Shown here piece by piece: positions 8,910 to 18,050 of a stretch of DNA of 64,000 nt. The notes beneath the pieces were generated by a model. It had not been told where the DNA came from. It ran no database searches and saw only the letters and a program-made list of their open reading frames with translations. Where the stretch lies: positions 159,417-223,416 of the forward strand of contig CBDDJQ010000010.1 of the NCBI GenBank assembly GCA_965229825.1, given 5' to 3'. Positions within the stretch are counted from its first letter, which is position 1; every line of letters begins with the position of its first letter. The translations under genes were made by a program, and so were the position numbers. The stretch comes from Vicinamibacterales bacterium (GTDB lineage: Bacteria > Acidobacteriota > Vicinamibacteria > Vicinamibacterales > UBA8438).

Positions 8910-11872
8910 GTCACGAGAGGCGATACCCGCGGCGTCTGATCGAGGTGGACCTGCCGATCAAGGAGATCTCGGCGCACGCGCGACGGGAGAAATCGATCCG
9001 GCACGGGCACATCTCGACGCTGCACATCTGGTGGGCCAGGCGGCCGCTGGCGGCGTGCCGGGCGGTGCTCTGCGCAGCGCTCTGGCCCGATCCGGCCGAT
9101 CCGCTCTGCCCGGAGTGCTTCCGCAAGGAGGCAGCCGAGGCGATGCGGGCTTGGCGCGACCGGCGCGGCGGGAAAGCGCGCGACTGGGCGAAGCCAGTGA
9201 ACGTGCGCGAGGCGCTGCTTGCGTTCATCGCGGAGTTCGCAAACTGGGACAACTCAACCGACAAGAGCTTCCTCGAGACCGCGCGGCATCTCACCCAGGC
9301 GGCGCATGAGTCGCTCGGTGGAGTGCCAGGGACGCGGCCGCTCGTCGTGGACCCGTTCGCCGGCGGAGGGGCGATCCCGCTTGAGGCGCTGCGCATCGGG
9401 GCCGACGCATACGCCTCGGACCTCAACCCCGTCGCGGTGCTGCTCAATAAGGTCGTGCTCGAATACATCCCGAAGCACGGCTCGCGGCTGGCTGAGGAGG
9501 TGCGGCGCCGGGGCGCGTGGGTGAAGGAGCAGGCGGAAGCGGAGCTCGGCCGGTTCTATCCCAAGGACGCCGACGGCGCGGGGCCGATCGCGTATCTCTG
9601 GGCGCGGACGATCCGCTGCGAGGGGCCGGGGTGCGGGGCCGAGGTGCCGCTCGTGCGCTCGTTGTGGCTGTCGAAGAAGCGGGGGCAGAGCGTCGGCATG
9701 CGGCTCGTGCCGCGCAGGGATCGGAGCGGCGTCGAGGTGGAGATCGTCGAGAACCCGAAGGTCGCCGAGGCCAACCAGGGCACGGTGCGCCGCGGCTCGG
9801 CGACCTGTCCGTGCTGCGGCTACACGACGCCCGTGGCCTCGGTCCGCACGCAATTCAAGGCGCGCCGGGGCGGCGCAGCCGATGCGAAGCTTCTGTGCGT
9901 GGTGACGACCCGTGCCGGGCAGCGGGGGCGTTCCTACCGGCTGCAGGAGGAGCGGGATCTGGCGGCGGTGCGGGCGGCGGCCGAGGAACTAGCGCAACGA
10001 GAACGGCACCATAGCGACCGCCTGTCCCTAGTGCCGAACGAAAAGATCTCCCTCAACGAGATTCGGCGTATCAGCGCTCCCATCTACGGCATGACGACGT
10101 GGGGCGACGTATTCAGCCCCCGCCAGTTGCTGGCGCTCGCGGCGCTGGCGCGGCTGGTGCGAGAGGCGGGCGAGCGGTGTCGCACGGAGTGCGACGCAGC
10201 CTTGGCCGAGGCGGTGGCGACGTGTCTGGCGCTGGTGGTGGACCGGCAGGCCAACGCAGCCACATCCCTTTCCCGTTGGCACATTGCTGGAGAGAAGATT
10301 GAAGGTGTCTTCGCTCGTCAAGCAATTCCTATGGTGTGGGACTTCGCCGAGGCGAACCCTTTTTCCGACGCAACGGGCGACTTCTCAGGCGCCCTCGAGT
10401 GGGTCGCCAAGGTCTGCGAGGCCAACGTACCGACCACCACGGTCCCGGGCCACGCCCAGCTCGCCTCCGCCACGGTGCACCCGCTGCCTGACGATGCTGC
10501 CCACGCCTTCGTCACCGACCCGCCCTACTACGACGCCGTACCATACGCGTACCTTTCGGACTTCTTCTACGTCTGGCTACGGCGCACACTCGGAAGCACG
10601 TTTCCGGCGCTGTTTCCGGGCGAGTCTGTGCCCAAAGACGAGGAGATTGTGGTCGATCGACCGCACGAGCTTTCCACGTCGACCAAAGACATCGCCTTCT
10701 ACGAGGCGAATCTTCAGCGCGCGTTCGCGGATGGCCGCCGAGTGCTCATGCCAGAGGGCATCGGAACGATCGTTTTCGCCAGCAAGACGACGGCTTCCTG
10801 GGAGGCGATCCTCCAGGCGATGGTCGACGCAGGATGGGTCATTACGGCGTCGTGGCCTATCGACACGGAGATGGCTTCAAAGGTTGCAGCCATCGGCCAA
10901 GCCCGCCTGATGTCCTCTGTCCACCTCGTCTGCCGCCCGCGAGAGAACCCCGGCGGCTCGCTGCGCGAGGACGCCGTCGGCGACTGGCGGGCGGTGCTGC
11001 GCGAGCTGCCCGAGCGTATCCACGCCTGGATGCCGCGCCTCGCCAGGGAAGGCGTCGTCGGCGCCGACGCGATCTTCGCCTGCCTCGGCCCCGCACTGGA
11101 GATCTTCTCCCGCTACTCCCGCGTCGAAAAGGCCTCGGGCGAGGGCGTCGAGCTGCGGGATTACCTGGAGCAGGTCTGGGCCGTGGTGGCCCGCGAGGCG
11201 CTCTCGATGATCTTCGAGGACGCCGACGCGACGGGCCTCGAAGAGGACGCGCGCCTCACGGCCATGTGGCTGTGGACGCTCTCGACGAGCGCGAACGGCG
11301 GGAGCGGCACATCGAGCGCTGCTGGTGGGGACGAGGAAGGAGGCGACGCGGGCGACGACAAAGTGGAGAGCGCCCCGAAAGCCAAGACGGGTGCGGGGTT
11401 CACGCTCGAGTTCGACGCCGCGCGCAAGATCGCCCAGGGGCTCGGCGCCCACCTTGAGGACCTCGGCCGCGTGGTCGAGATCAAGGGCGGCCAAGCACGG
11501 CTCCTCTCCGTCGCCGAGCGGACCCGGCACCTCTTCGGCAAGGACACCGAGCGAGCGCCAGCCAGGCGCGTGAAGAAACAGCAGCTTATGCTGTTCGAGG
11601 AGCTGGAGGCGGCCGAGAAGGACGCCAGCTGGGGCGACGTCGGTCTGCCGCCAGCCGGCGAGACCACCCTCGACCGCGTGCACCAGGCCATGGTCCTCTT
11701 CGCCGCGGGCCGGAGCGAGGCACTCAAGCGCTTCCTGGTCCAGGAGGGCATCGGCCGCGACACGCGCTTCTGGAAGCTCGCACAGTCGCTCTCGGCGCTC
11801 TACCCGATCGGCACCGACGAGAAGCGCTGGGTCGACGGCGTGGTGGCGCGCAAGAAGGGATTGGGGTTCTGA
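8906..11872 (+). CDS. DUF1156-domain DNA methyltransferase with a Zn-ribbon (N6-adenine or N4-cytosine type; HmaB-like, DrmMI-like)
   Basis: The N-terminus RRLIEVDLPIKEISAHARREKSIRHGHISTLHIWWARRPLAACRA is the DUF1156 signature. The AdoMet motif is VVDPFAGGGAIPLEA, the catalytic motif is FVTDPPYYD, and the Zn-ribbon is CEGPGCGAEVPL...CPCCGY. The start overlaps the helicase stop (ATGA). Confidence 0.9.
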   Translation: MSHERRYPRRLIEVDLPIKEISAHARREKSIRHGHISTLHIWWARRPLAACRAVLCAALWPDPADPLCPECFRKEAAEAMRAWRDRRGGKARDWAKPVNVREALLAFIAEFANWDNSTDKSFLETARHLTQAAHESLGGVPGTRPLVVDPFAGGGAIPLEALRIGADAYASDLNPVAVLLNKVVLEYIPKHGSRLAEEVRRRGAWVKEQAEAELGRFYPKDADGAGPIAYLWARTIRCEGPGCGAEVPLVRSLWLSKKRGQSVGMRLVPRRDRSGVEVEIVENPKVAEANQGTVRRGSATCPCCGYTTPVASVRTQFKARRGGAADAKLLCVVTTRAGQRGRSYRLQEERDLAAVRAAAEELAQRERHHSDRLSLVPNEKISLNEIRRISAPIYGMTTWGDVFSPRQLLALAALARLVREAGERCRTECDAALAEAVATCLALVVDRQANAATSLSRWHIAGEKIEGVFARQAIPMVWDFAEANPFSDATGDFSGALEWVAKVCEANVPTTTVPGHAQLASATVHPLPDDAAHAFVTDPPYYDAVPYAYLSDFFYVWLRRTLGSTFPALFPGESVPKDEEIVVDRPHELSTSTKDIAFYEANLQRAFADGRRVLMPEGIGTIVFASKTTASWEAILQAMVDAGWVITASWPIDTEMASKVAAIGQARLMSSVHLVCRPRENPGGSLREDAVGDWRAVLRELPERIHAWMPRLAREGVVGADAIFACLGPALEIFSRYSRVEKASGEGVELRDYLEQVWAVVAREALSMIFEDADATGLEEDARLTAMWLWTLSTSANGGSGTSSAAGGDEEGGDAGDDKVESAPKAKTGAGFTLEFDAARKIAQGLGAHLEDLGRVVEIKGGQARLLSVAERTRHLFGKDTERAPARRVKKQQLMLFEELEAAEKDASWGDVGLPPAGETTLDRVHQAMVLFAAGRSEALKRFLVQEGIGRDTRFWKLAQSLSALYPIGTDEKRWVDGVVARKKGLGF

Positions 11873-12468
11873 TGGCGGTGGACGCGCGCAAGTGGACCCG
11901 GTCGCTGTACGCGACGCTCGACGGCGGCCGCGCAACCACAGCCGAGCTGCGCCAGGCTTCGGTCGCTGGGGACCTCACTCGCTGGACGCAGGCCCTCACG
12001 GGTCTCGTGGCCCAGTCGCTGCGTGGCCTCGAGCTGGAAGTGGCGGCCAAGGGCCACCGGTGTACGGCACTGCCGGTGGAGCGGGAGGAGTATCTCGCCC
12101 TCGACGTGACCGCTTTCCCGGACACTGGAAGCGCTTGGCGTTTCCCGGTCGCCGTCTGCGAGCTCGAGAACTCGGCCCGCGACGAGGTGGTTGCGTACGC
12201 GCTCTGGAAGGTGCTCTGCATCCGGCACGCACTGCGGGTGGTTTTCTGCTACCGGAGCGCGCGCACCGATGCACCGAGGCTCATCGGGTTGCTCTCCGAC
12301 CGAGTGGTCGGCGCGATGGCGCTTCCGGATCGTGAACGACTGAGCGCCGACACGCTCGTGTTCGTCGGATCGCGCAGCGAGTCGGACACGTTCCCGTACG
12401 GCTTCTTTCAGGCTTGGTGCCTGAATCGGAACCTCGGCCGATTCGAGACCTTCAGGTGGCAGGAATAG
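11872..12468 (+). CDS. Hypothetical 198-aa protein embedded in the helicase-methylase-ATPase operon
   Basis: The ORF start overlaps the methylase stop (TGATG at 11870-11874). It sits on the same strand and ends 18 nt before the DUF499 gene. I recognise no family. A weak nuclease-like pattern is present: YLALDV...VAVCELENS...YALWK. Confidence 0.6.
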   Translation: MAVDARKWTRSLYATLDGGRATTAELRQASVAGDLTRWTQALTGLVAQSLRGLELEVAAKGHRCTALPVEREEYLALDVTAFPDTGSAWRFPVAVCELENSARDEVVAYALWKVLCIRHALRVVFCYRSARTDAPRLIGLLSDRVVGAMALPDRERLSADTLVFVGSRSESDTFPYGFFQAWCLNRNLGRFETFRWQE

Positions 12469-12486
12469 TCTGAGAGGAAGCACGCG

Positions 12487-15276
12487 ATGGCATTGAAACC
12501 CTGGTACAAGGTCGTGACACCACGCGAGGACCTGCGCGAGGGGCGGCCGCTCGACGCCTCGGAGTTCGCGGTCCACCTGGACCAGGTGCGCGAGGGGCGG
12601 GCGCCGGCGGTCTATCAGCAGCCGGCCGACTTCTTCGAGCGCACCTACCTCACCAAGAACCTAGCAGGCCTCGCCGCCGAGGTCATCCGCCGGCTCTCCG
12701 GGATCAAGGTCGCGACCTCCGCGGTCTTCAACATGACCACCCAGTTCGGCGGCGGAAAGACGCACGCGCTGACGCTCCTCTACCACCTTGCGCGGGGCGG
12801 ACCGGAGGCCGCCGGGTGGAAGGGCGTGCGGACGCTTCTCGAGATGGCCGGCGTGACTGAGATCCCCCGGGCCGCCATGGCGGTATTCGTCGGCACCGAG
12901 TTCGACTCCATCGCGGGCCGGGGCGGCGCGGACGGCACGCCCGTCCGCAAGACCCCCTGGGGCGAGATCGCCTGGCAGCTCGGCGGGGCGGAGGGACTCC
13001 GCGTCGTGGCAGAGCACGACGCGTCGCTCACGGCACCTGGTGGAGACGTCGTCGCGCGGATTCTGCCCGCGGATCGGCCCGTGCTGATCCTGCTCGACGA
13101 GCTAATGAACTACGTAAGCCGCAGTCGCAAGAGCGGCCTCGGCGGCCAGCTGTACAACTTCCTCCACAACCTGTCCGAGGTCGCCCGCTCGCGCGACAAC
13201 GTGGTGCTCGCCGTCTCGATTCCAGCATCGGAGCTCGAGATGACGGCCGAGGACCAGTCCGACTACGAGCGCCTCAAGAAGCTCCTCGACCGGCTCGGCA
13301 AATCGGTGATCATGTCGGTCGAGGCGGAGACGTCGGAGATCATCCGGCGTCGGCTCTTCGAGTGGCACGGCCTGCCCGCGGACGCTTCGAAGACCGTCGG
13401 CGAGTACGCGGAGTGGATGACCGCGCACCGGCACCAGCTTCCGAGCTGGTTCCCCGTGGACAACGCCCGCGAGGCCCTGGCGGCGAGCTATCCCTTCCAC
13501 CCGTCGGTGCTCTCGGTCTTCGAGCGTAAGTGGCAGGTGCTTCCACGCTTCCAGCAGACCCGCGGGACCCTGCGGCTCCTTGCCCTGTGGGTCTCGCATG
13601 CCTACGTCGAAGGCTTCAAGGGCGCCCACAAGGACCCGCTGATCACGCTCGGCACGGTACCCCTCGACAATCCGACGTTCCGGGCGGCGGTGTTCGAGCA
13701 GCTCGGCGAGTCGCGCCTCGAAGGGGCGGTGACGACCGACATCGTCGGCAAGGAGTACGCGCACGCGCTGCGCCTCGACAAGGAGGCGACAGCCGAGGTC
13801 AAGAAGGCTCGCCTTCACCGCAAGGTGGCGACGGCGATCTTCTTCGAGTCGAACGGCGGCCAGCAGCGCGGCGAGGCAACGCTACCCGAGGTTCGGCTCG
13901 CAGTGGCCGCGCCCGACCTCGACATCGGGAACGTCGAGCAGAGCCTCGAGGCGCTGGCGGACACTTGCTACTTTCTCTCGGCCGAGAAGAACCGCTACCG
14001 ATTCAGCTTCCAGCCGAACCTCAACAAGCTCCTCGCCGATCGGCGTGCGAGCGTCCCTACGAACGCGACCCGCGACCGGGTACGCGCCGAGATCCAGAAG
14101 GTCTTCGCGGCCGCCAAGGGCGTCGACCGCATCTACTTCCCGGAGCGCCCGAACCAGCTGCCCGACCGCGCGGCACTCACGCTCGTCGTGCTTGCGCCGG
14201 AGAACGAAGCCGGCCCGGCCACGACACACCTCATGGAAACGATGGCGCGCGAGCACGGCTCGTCGTCGAGGACCTACAAGAGCGCGCTACTTTGGTGCGT
14301 GGCCGAGAACGGCGCGCTACTCCCCGACGAAGCGCGCAAGGTGCTCGCCTGGGAGGACATCGACGCCGAGTCGGAGACGCTCCGGATCGACGAATCGCAG
14401 CGCCGCCAGCTCGACGAGAACTTGAGGCGCGCTAAGCGGGACCTCCGGGAGGCTGTCTGGCGCACCTATAAGAACGTCTTCCTCCTCGACGACACGAACG
14501 CGCTCCACAGAATCGACCTCGGCCTCGTGCACTCGAGCGCCGCGGAGTCGCTCGTGGGCCTGATCCTCGACCGCCTCCAACAGGAAGACCTCGTCGTCGA
14601 TGGCGTGAGCCCGAACTTTCTGGTCCGGAACTGGCCTCCGGCACTCCCGGAGTGGAGCACCAAGGCCGTCCGTGACGCCTTCTTCGCCTCCCCGAAGTTC
14701 CCGCGGCTGCTGAATGCCGACGCGGTCAAGCAGACCATCTGCCGTGGCGTCGAAGCTGGCATGATGGCCTACGTCGTAAAGGAGACGAGCGGCAAGTACG
14801 ACCCGTTCATGTATCGCGAGTCCCTCAGTGAGGCCGACCTCGAGGTCGCCGACGATGTTTTCCTGATCTCGAAGGAAGCCGCCAACGCGTACATCGAGGG
14901 TCGGGTGGCCAGCGAGGACGGCCAGCCGTCTGTTTCCTCTCCAGACCAGCCCAAGCAGCCTGGGGGCGAACCACGCGAGGCCGGCATCACGGGTGGATCT
15001 ACATCCGTGCCGCCAGCCGGGACGACGCCGGATGTTGTGCCCGGTTTCCGCTGGACCGGGAGCCTTGCGCCGCAGAAGTGGATGAACTTCTACACGAAGG
15101 TCCTGGCCCGCTTAGCCGACGCCAAGGGGCTCACGCTCTCGCTGACCGTCGACGTTCAGCCCGAGAGCGGTATCTCGAAGGCCAAGGTCACGGAGATGAA
15201 GGTCGCACTAAGAGAACTCGGGATGTCAGAGGACGTGCACATCGGCGACACTCACGATTCCGGGCGCACGGAGTGA
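12487..15276 (+). CDS. DUF499-family P-loop ATPase (HmaC-like)
   Basis: The N-terminus ALKPWYKVVTPREDLREGRPLDASEFAVHLDQV is typical of DUF499. Walker A is TQFGGGKTHAL and Walker B is VLILLDELMNY. The SD GAGAGGAAG lies upstream. Confidence 0.9.
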   Translation: MALKPWYKVVTPREDLREGRPLDASEFAVHLDQVREGRAPAVYQQPADFFERTYLTKNLAGLAAEVIRRLSGIKVATSAVFNMTTQFGGGKTHALTLLYHLARGGPEAAGWKGVRTLLEMAGVTEIPRAAMAVFVGTEFDSIAGRGGADGTPVRKTPWGEIAWQLGGAEGLRVVAEHDASLTAPGGDVVARILPADRPVLILLDELMNYVSRSRKSGLGGQLYNFLHNLSEVARSRDNVVLAVSIPASELEMTAEDQSDYERLKKLLDRLGKSVIMSVEAETSEIIRRRLFEWHGLPADASKTVGEYAEWMTAHRHQLPSWFPVDNAREALAASYPFHPSVLSVFERKWQVLPRFQQTRGTLRLLALWVSHAYVEGFKGAHKDPLITLGTVPLDNPTFRAAVFEQLGESRLEGAVTTDIVGKEYAHALRLDKEATAEVKKARLHRKVATAIFFESNGGQQRGEATLPEVRLAVAAPDLDIGNVEQSLEALADTCYFLSAEKNRYRFSFQPNLNKLLADRRASVPTNATRDRVRAEIQKVFAAAKGVDRIYFPERPNQLPDRAALTLVVLAPENEAGPATTHLMETMAREHGSSSRTYKSALLWCVAENGALLPDEARKVLAWEDIDAESETLRIDESQRRQLDENLRRAKRDLREAVWRTYKNVFLLDDTNALHRIDLGLVHSSAAESLVGLILDRLQQEDLVVDGVSPNFLVRNWPPALPEWSTKAVRDAFFASPKFPRLLNADAVKQTICRGVEAGMMAYVVKETSGKYDPFMYRESLSEADLEVADDVFLISKEAANAYIEGRVASEDGQPSVSSPDQPKQPGGEPREAGITGGSTSVPPAGTTPDVVPGFRWTGSLAPQKWMNFYTKVLARLADAKGLTLSLTVDVQPESGISKAKVTEMKVALRELGMSEDVHIGDTHDSGRTE

Positions 15277-15299
15277 ATCGTGGATAGCGCTATAAAGCT

Positions 15300-17494
15300 C
15301 CGCCGGAACCACCCGGGAACGTGTCCGAACGTCGGGTCACTTCCGCGCTTAGGACAAGTGTCCCGCGCGGAGGCCCGCAGCGCATGACTGACAACATCCG
15401 AGGTCTTCGGTTAGCGGGTCGTGGCGAGAAAATCCACGAAAAGGTGTGCAGGTACGGCGGGCGTGTGCCGATACGTGAAGTATGGCGCGCAAGAGCGATG
15501 ACCGCGGCGGTTCGAAGGGTCCTGGGCCTCAGCGAGACCCTCGGGACGTGCGCATCGAGCGCCTCGAACGAGACAAGGCGAAGCTGATCGAGGAGCGGGA
15601 TCACTGGAAGCGCCGCAGCGAGCATCTGGAGAAGGAGCTCGAGGCGGCGCGGCGCGCCGGCCGCCGACAAGCGGCCCCCTTCGCCAAGGACCGTCCGCAG
15701 GGACGCGGCGGGCGTCCCGGGCGGCGAGCCGGGGCGGAGTACGGCAGGCAGGGGCGCCGCCGGCCGCCGACGCAGGCTGACGAGACCCACGTGGCGCCGG
15801 CCCCGACGAGCTGTCCGGACTGCGGCGGCGCGGTCGCGCTGGACCGTGTGGCGTCGCAGTATCAGGAAGACCTGCCCGAGGTGCGTCCCCTCGTGCGGCG
15901 CTTCGACATCGAGGTGGGCCACTGCTCGCAGTGTCAGCGGCGCGTGCAGGGCCGGCACGCGCTGCAGACCTCCGACGCGTTGGGCGCGGCTGCCGCTCAA
16001 CTGGGCCCGAACGTCGCCGCGCTGGTCGTCGAGTTGCACACCGAGCTGGGCATGCCGCTGGAGAAGGTCGTCCGCGTTCTGCGGACGCAGTTCGGACTGT
16101 CGGTGACCAAGGGCGGCCTGGTCCAACTGCTGCACCGCACCGCCGACGCGGCGGCGCCCGCGTATGCGGCGCTGCGCGAGCAGGTCCGCTGCAGTCCGGT
16201 GGTCACGCCGGATGAGACCGGCTGGCGGGTGAACGCGATCCTCCACTGGCTGTGGGCGTTCGCCACCCCGGAGACGACGGTCTATGCCATCTGCGACGGC
16301 CGGGGGTTCGCCGAGGCGGCGGCGGTTCTCGGCCCCGACTTCGCCGGCGTGCTGGTGCGGGACGGGTGGGTGGCCTATCGCGGCTTCAAGAAGGCGCCGC
16401 ATCAAACGTGCCTGGCCCACCTCTTGAGACGGTGCAAGGACTTGCAGGCCGCTCATCCCGACAGCCCGTGGGCGGGCGCGGTGCAGGCGGTCCTGCGGGA
16501 CGGCCTCGCCCTGCGGACCCGCTCGAACGCGGGCGAAATCAGTGAGCACGGTCTGGCGTCGGCCCGCGGTCGGCTCGCCGCCCGGCTCGGCCGGCTGATC
16601 GACACCGCGCCGCCGTTGGCCGCCGCCGAGCGCTTCGCCAAGCACTTGGCCAACGAATTCCCGGCGGTGTTCCTCTTCTTGTGCGACCCGTCGATCGACG
16701 CCACCAACTGGCGGGCCGAACAGGCCATCCGACCCGCAGTGGTCACGCGTAAGGTCTGCGGCGGCAACCGCACCCGGCGCGGGGCCGACACCCAGCAGGT
16801 GCTGGCCAGCGTCGTGCGTACCGCCCGCCAACGCAACCTCGACCCGCGCTCGCTGATCACGACGATGCTGTGCGCCCCCGAACCCGTCGTGCCCGAAGCG
16901 CTTGCGTTGCCGCCGCCCGCCTGACGCCGGGCGGCGTGGAAACCGCTCATCCGCTTCCCGTCCTCCTGCGCGCCCCCGGCCCGCACTCAATCCGCGCCGT
17001 CCCGCCGCCGCCCGAGCCCGCGACCCGTGGGTTTCGCCGCCAGCGGCGGGAACGCCACCAGGCAGCTCGCCGCTGTTCGCGGCGTCGGTCCCCGCCGCGT
17101 GTCCCTCATGGCGGCGGCGCCGTCGCCGGGACCCGCGTGGTCTCGCGCCGCCGCGGGGGACCGGGGCGCCGCGGAGCCGCCAGACCCAGCGCTCCGCGAG
17201 CGAACCAGCCGGACCGACCGTCGCTGCCGATGACGCGCCGACAAGCTGCCTTGGCGACAATGGGACTGCGAGTCTGCCATGGGCGCTCTCAACAGCGACA
17301 TGCTCTGCACAGGTCCGCCGGCCGGCGAGTCGCCCCTCGTGCCCCTCGTTTCCGGCCTCCTCACAGCCACAGAGACCGACGCTGCGATGCCGACAAATCT
17401 GCGCGGGGACAACCTCGTCATGCAGCAACTTCCCCGACGGCTCGGTTCATTTCCGCCCATTTCCACTGGAGAAAATCAGTCCCGCACCCGGTAA
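15300..17494 (+). mobile_element. IS66-family insertion sequence. The ends are not resolved; the limits are set by the flanking gene ends.
   Basis: It contains a single IS66-type transposase. It fills the whole gap between the DUF499 stop (15276) and the start-less caspase ORF (17495). Only a weak candidate inverted-repeat pair is seen (about 15303-15328 versus about 17476-17500). Confidence 0.4.
15482..16924 (+). CDS. IS66-family transposase
   Basis: It has a coiled-coil N-terminus and a zinc finger (CPDCGG...CSQCQRR). The DDE region reads VVTPDETGWRVNAILHWLWAFATPETTVY...VLVRDGWVAYRGF...HQTCLAHLLR. Confidence 0.9.
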   Translation: MARKSDDRGGSKGPGPQRDPRDVRIERLERDKAKLIEERDHWKRRSEHLEKELEAARRAGRRQAAPFAKDRPQGRGGRPGRRAGAEYGRQGRRRPPTQADETHVAPAPTSCPDCGGAVALDRVASQYQEDLPEVRPLVRRFDIEVGHCSQCQRRVQGRHALQTSDALGAAAAQLGPNVAALVVELHTELGMPLEKVVRVLRTQFGLSVTKGGLVQLLHRTADAAAPAYAALREQVRCSPVVTPDETGWRVNAILHWLWAFATPETTVYAICDGRGFAEAAAVLGPDFAGVLVRDGWVAYRGFKKAPHQTCLAHLLRRCKDLQAAHPDSPWAGAVQAVLRDGLALRTRSNAGEISEHGLASARGRLAARLGRLIDTAPPLAAAERFAKHLANEFPAVFLFLCDPSIDATNWRAEQAIRPAVVTRKVCGGNRTRRGADTQQVLASVVRTARQRNLDPRSLITTMLCAPEPVVPEALALPPPA

Positions 17495-18050
17495 CCGAAT
17501 ACCATCCGAGCTACAGGATCACGACGCGCTCGTGCCCTCATCGTGGGAGTGTGCGAGTACGCCAACGCAAGTTCCTTAGAGTTCAGCGTAGCCGATGCAC
17601 AGGACGTCGCTGAGGTGTTGATGTTCGAGGAGTATGGCTTCACCGTCGAGACCTTATTCGACGAGCAAGCGACGCGGCCGCGGCTTCTTAAAGCACTGCA
17701 TGAACTGCTAAATAGTGACGCCGATAACCTGCTATTCTACTTCTCGGGCCACGGGGCCGCACCCCCCTACGGCCCGTACCTCTGCACGACGGACGCCAGT
17801 CCCGACGACCTTGGAATAGATTTAGCGTTCCTCGCCAGGCTCGTTAGCGCCCGCGCGCGACCAGGACGGACAACGACTATCGTTTTGGATTGCTGTCATG
17901 CGGGCGCGATGACTTTCGCCACCGCACAGGGCGCGACGCCGTTGCTGCGGCCGCCGGAAGTCACTAACTCATTCATTTCACTTCCAGACGGCAATGTGTT
18001 GTTTGCCGCGTGTCGACCCGATGAGGCTGCGTATGAATGTACGGGATTAG
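17495..18050 (+). pseudogene. Caspase-like (peptidase C14/orthocaspase) domain. This is the 5' segment of a caspase-kinase fusion gene. No usable start codon lies before GTG 17543, and the segment is interrupted at 18050 by IS1380.
   Basis: The sequence reads RALIVGVCEYANASSLEF...DNLLFYFSGHGAA (catalytic His) ...TTIVLDCCHAG (catalytic Cys) ...LFAACRPDEAAYE. G+C is lower than in the flanking DNA. Confidence 0.8.

Noticed and set aside
5466-15276. Classifying the helicase-methylase locus as DISARM class 1 (SNF2 DrmD + DUF1156 DrmMI)
   Set aside because: No DrmA (DUF1998 helicase), DrmB or PLD-type DrmC is present. A DUF499 ATPase is present instead, which matches the separate helicase-methylase-ATPase arrangement.
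16925-17494. ORFs in the 570-bp tail after the IS66 transposase (16870-17613, 16902-17579, 16987-17466)
   Set aside because: All are Arg/Pro-rich with no motifs. The region is treated as non-coding IS or junction DNA. The true IS66 right end could not be fixed.
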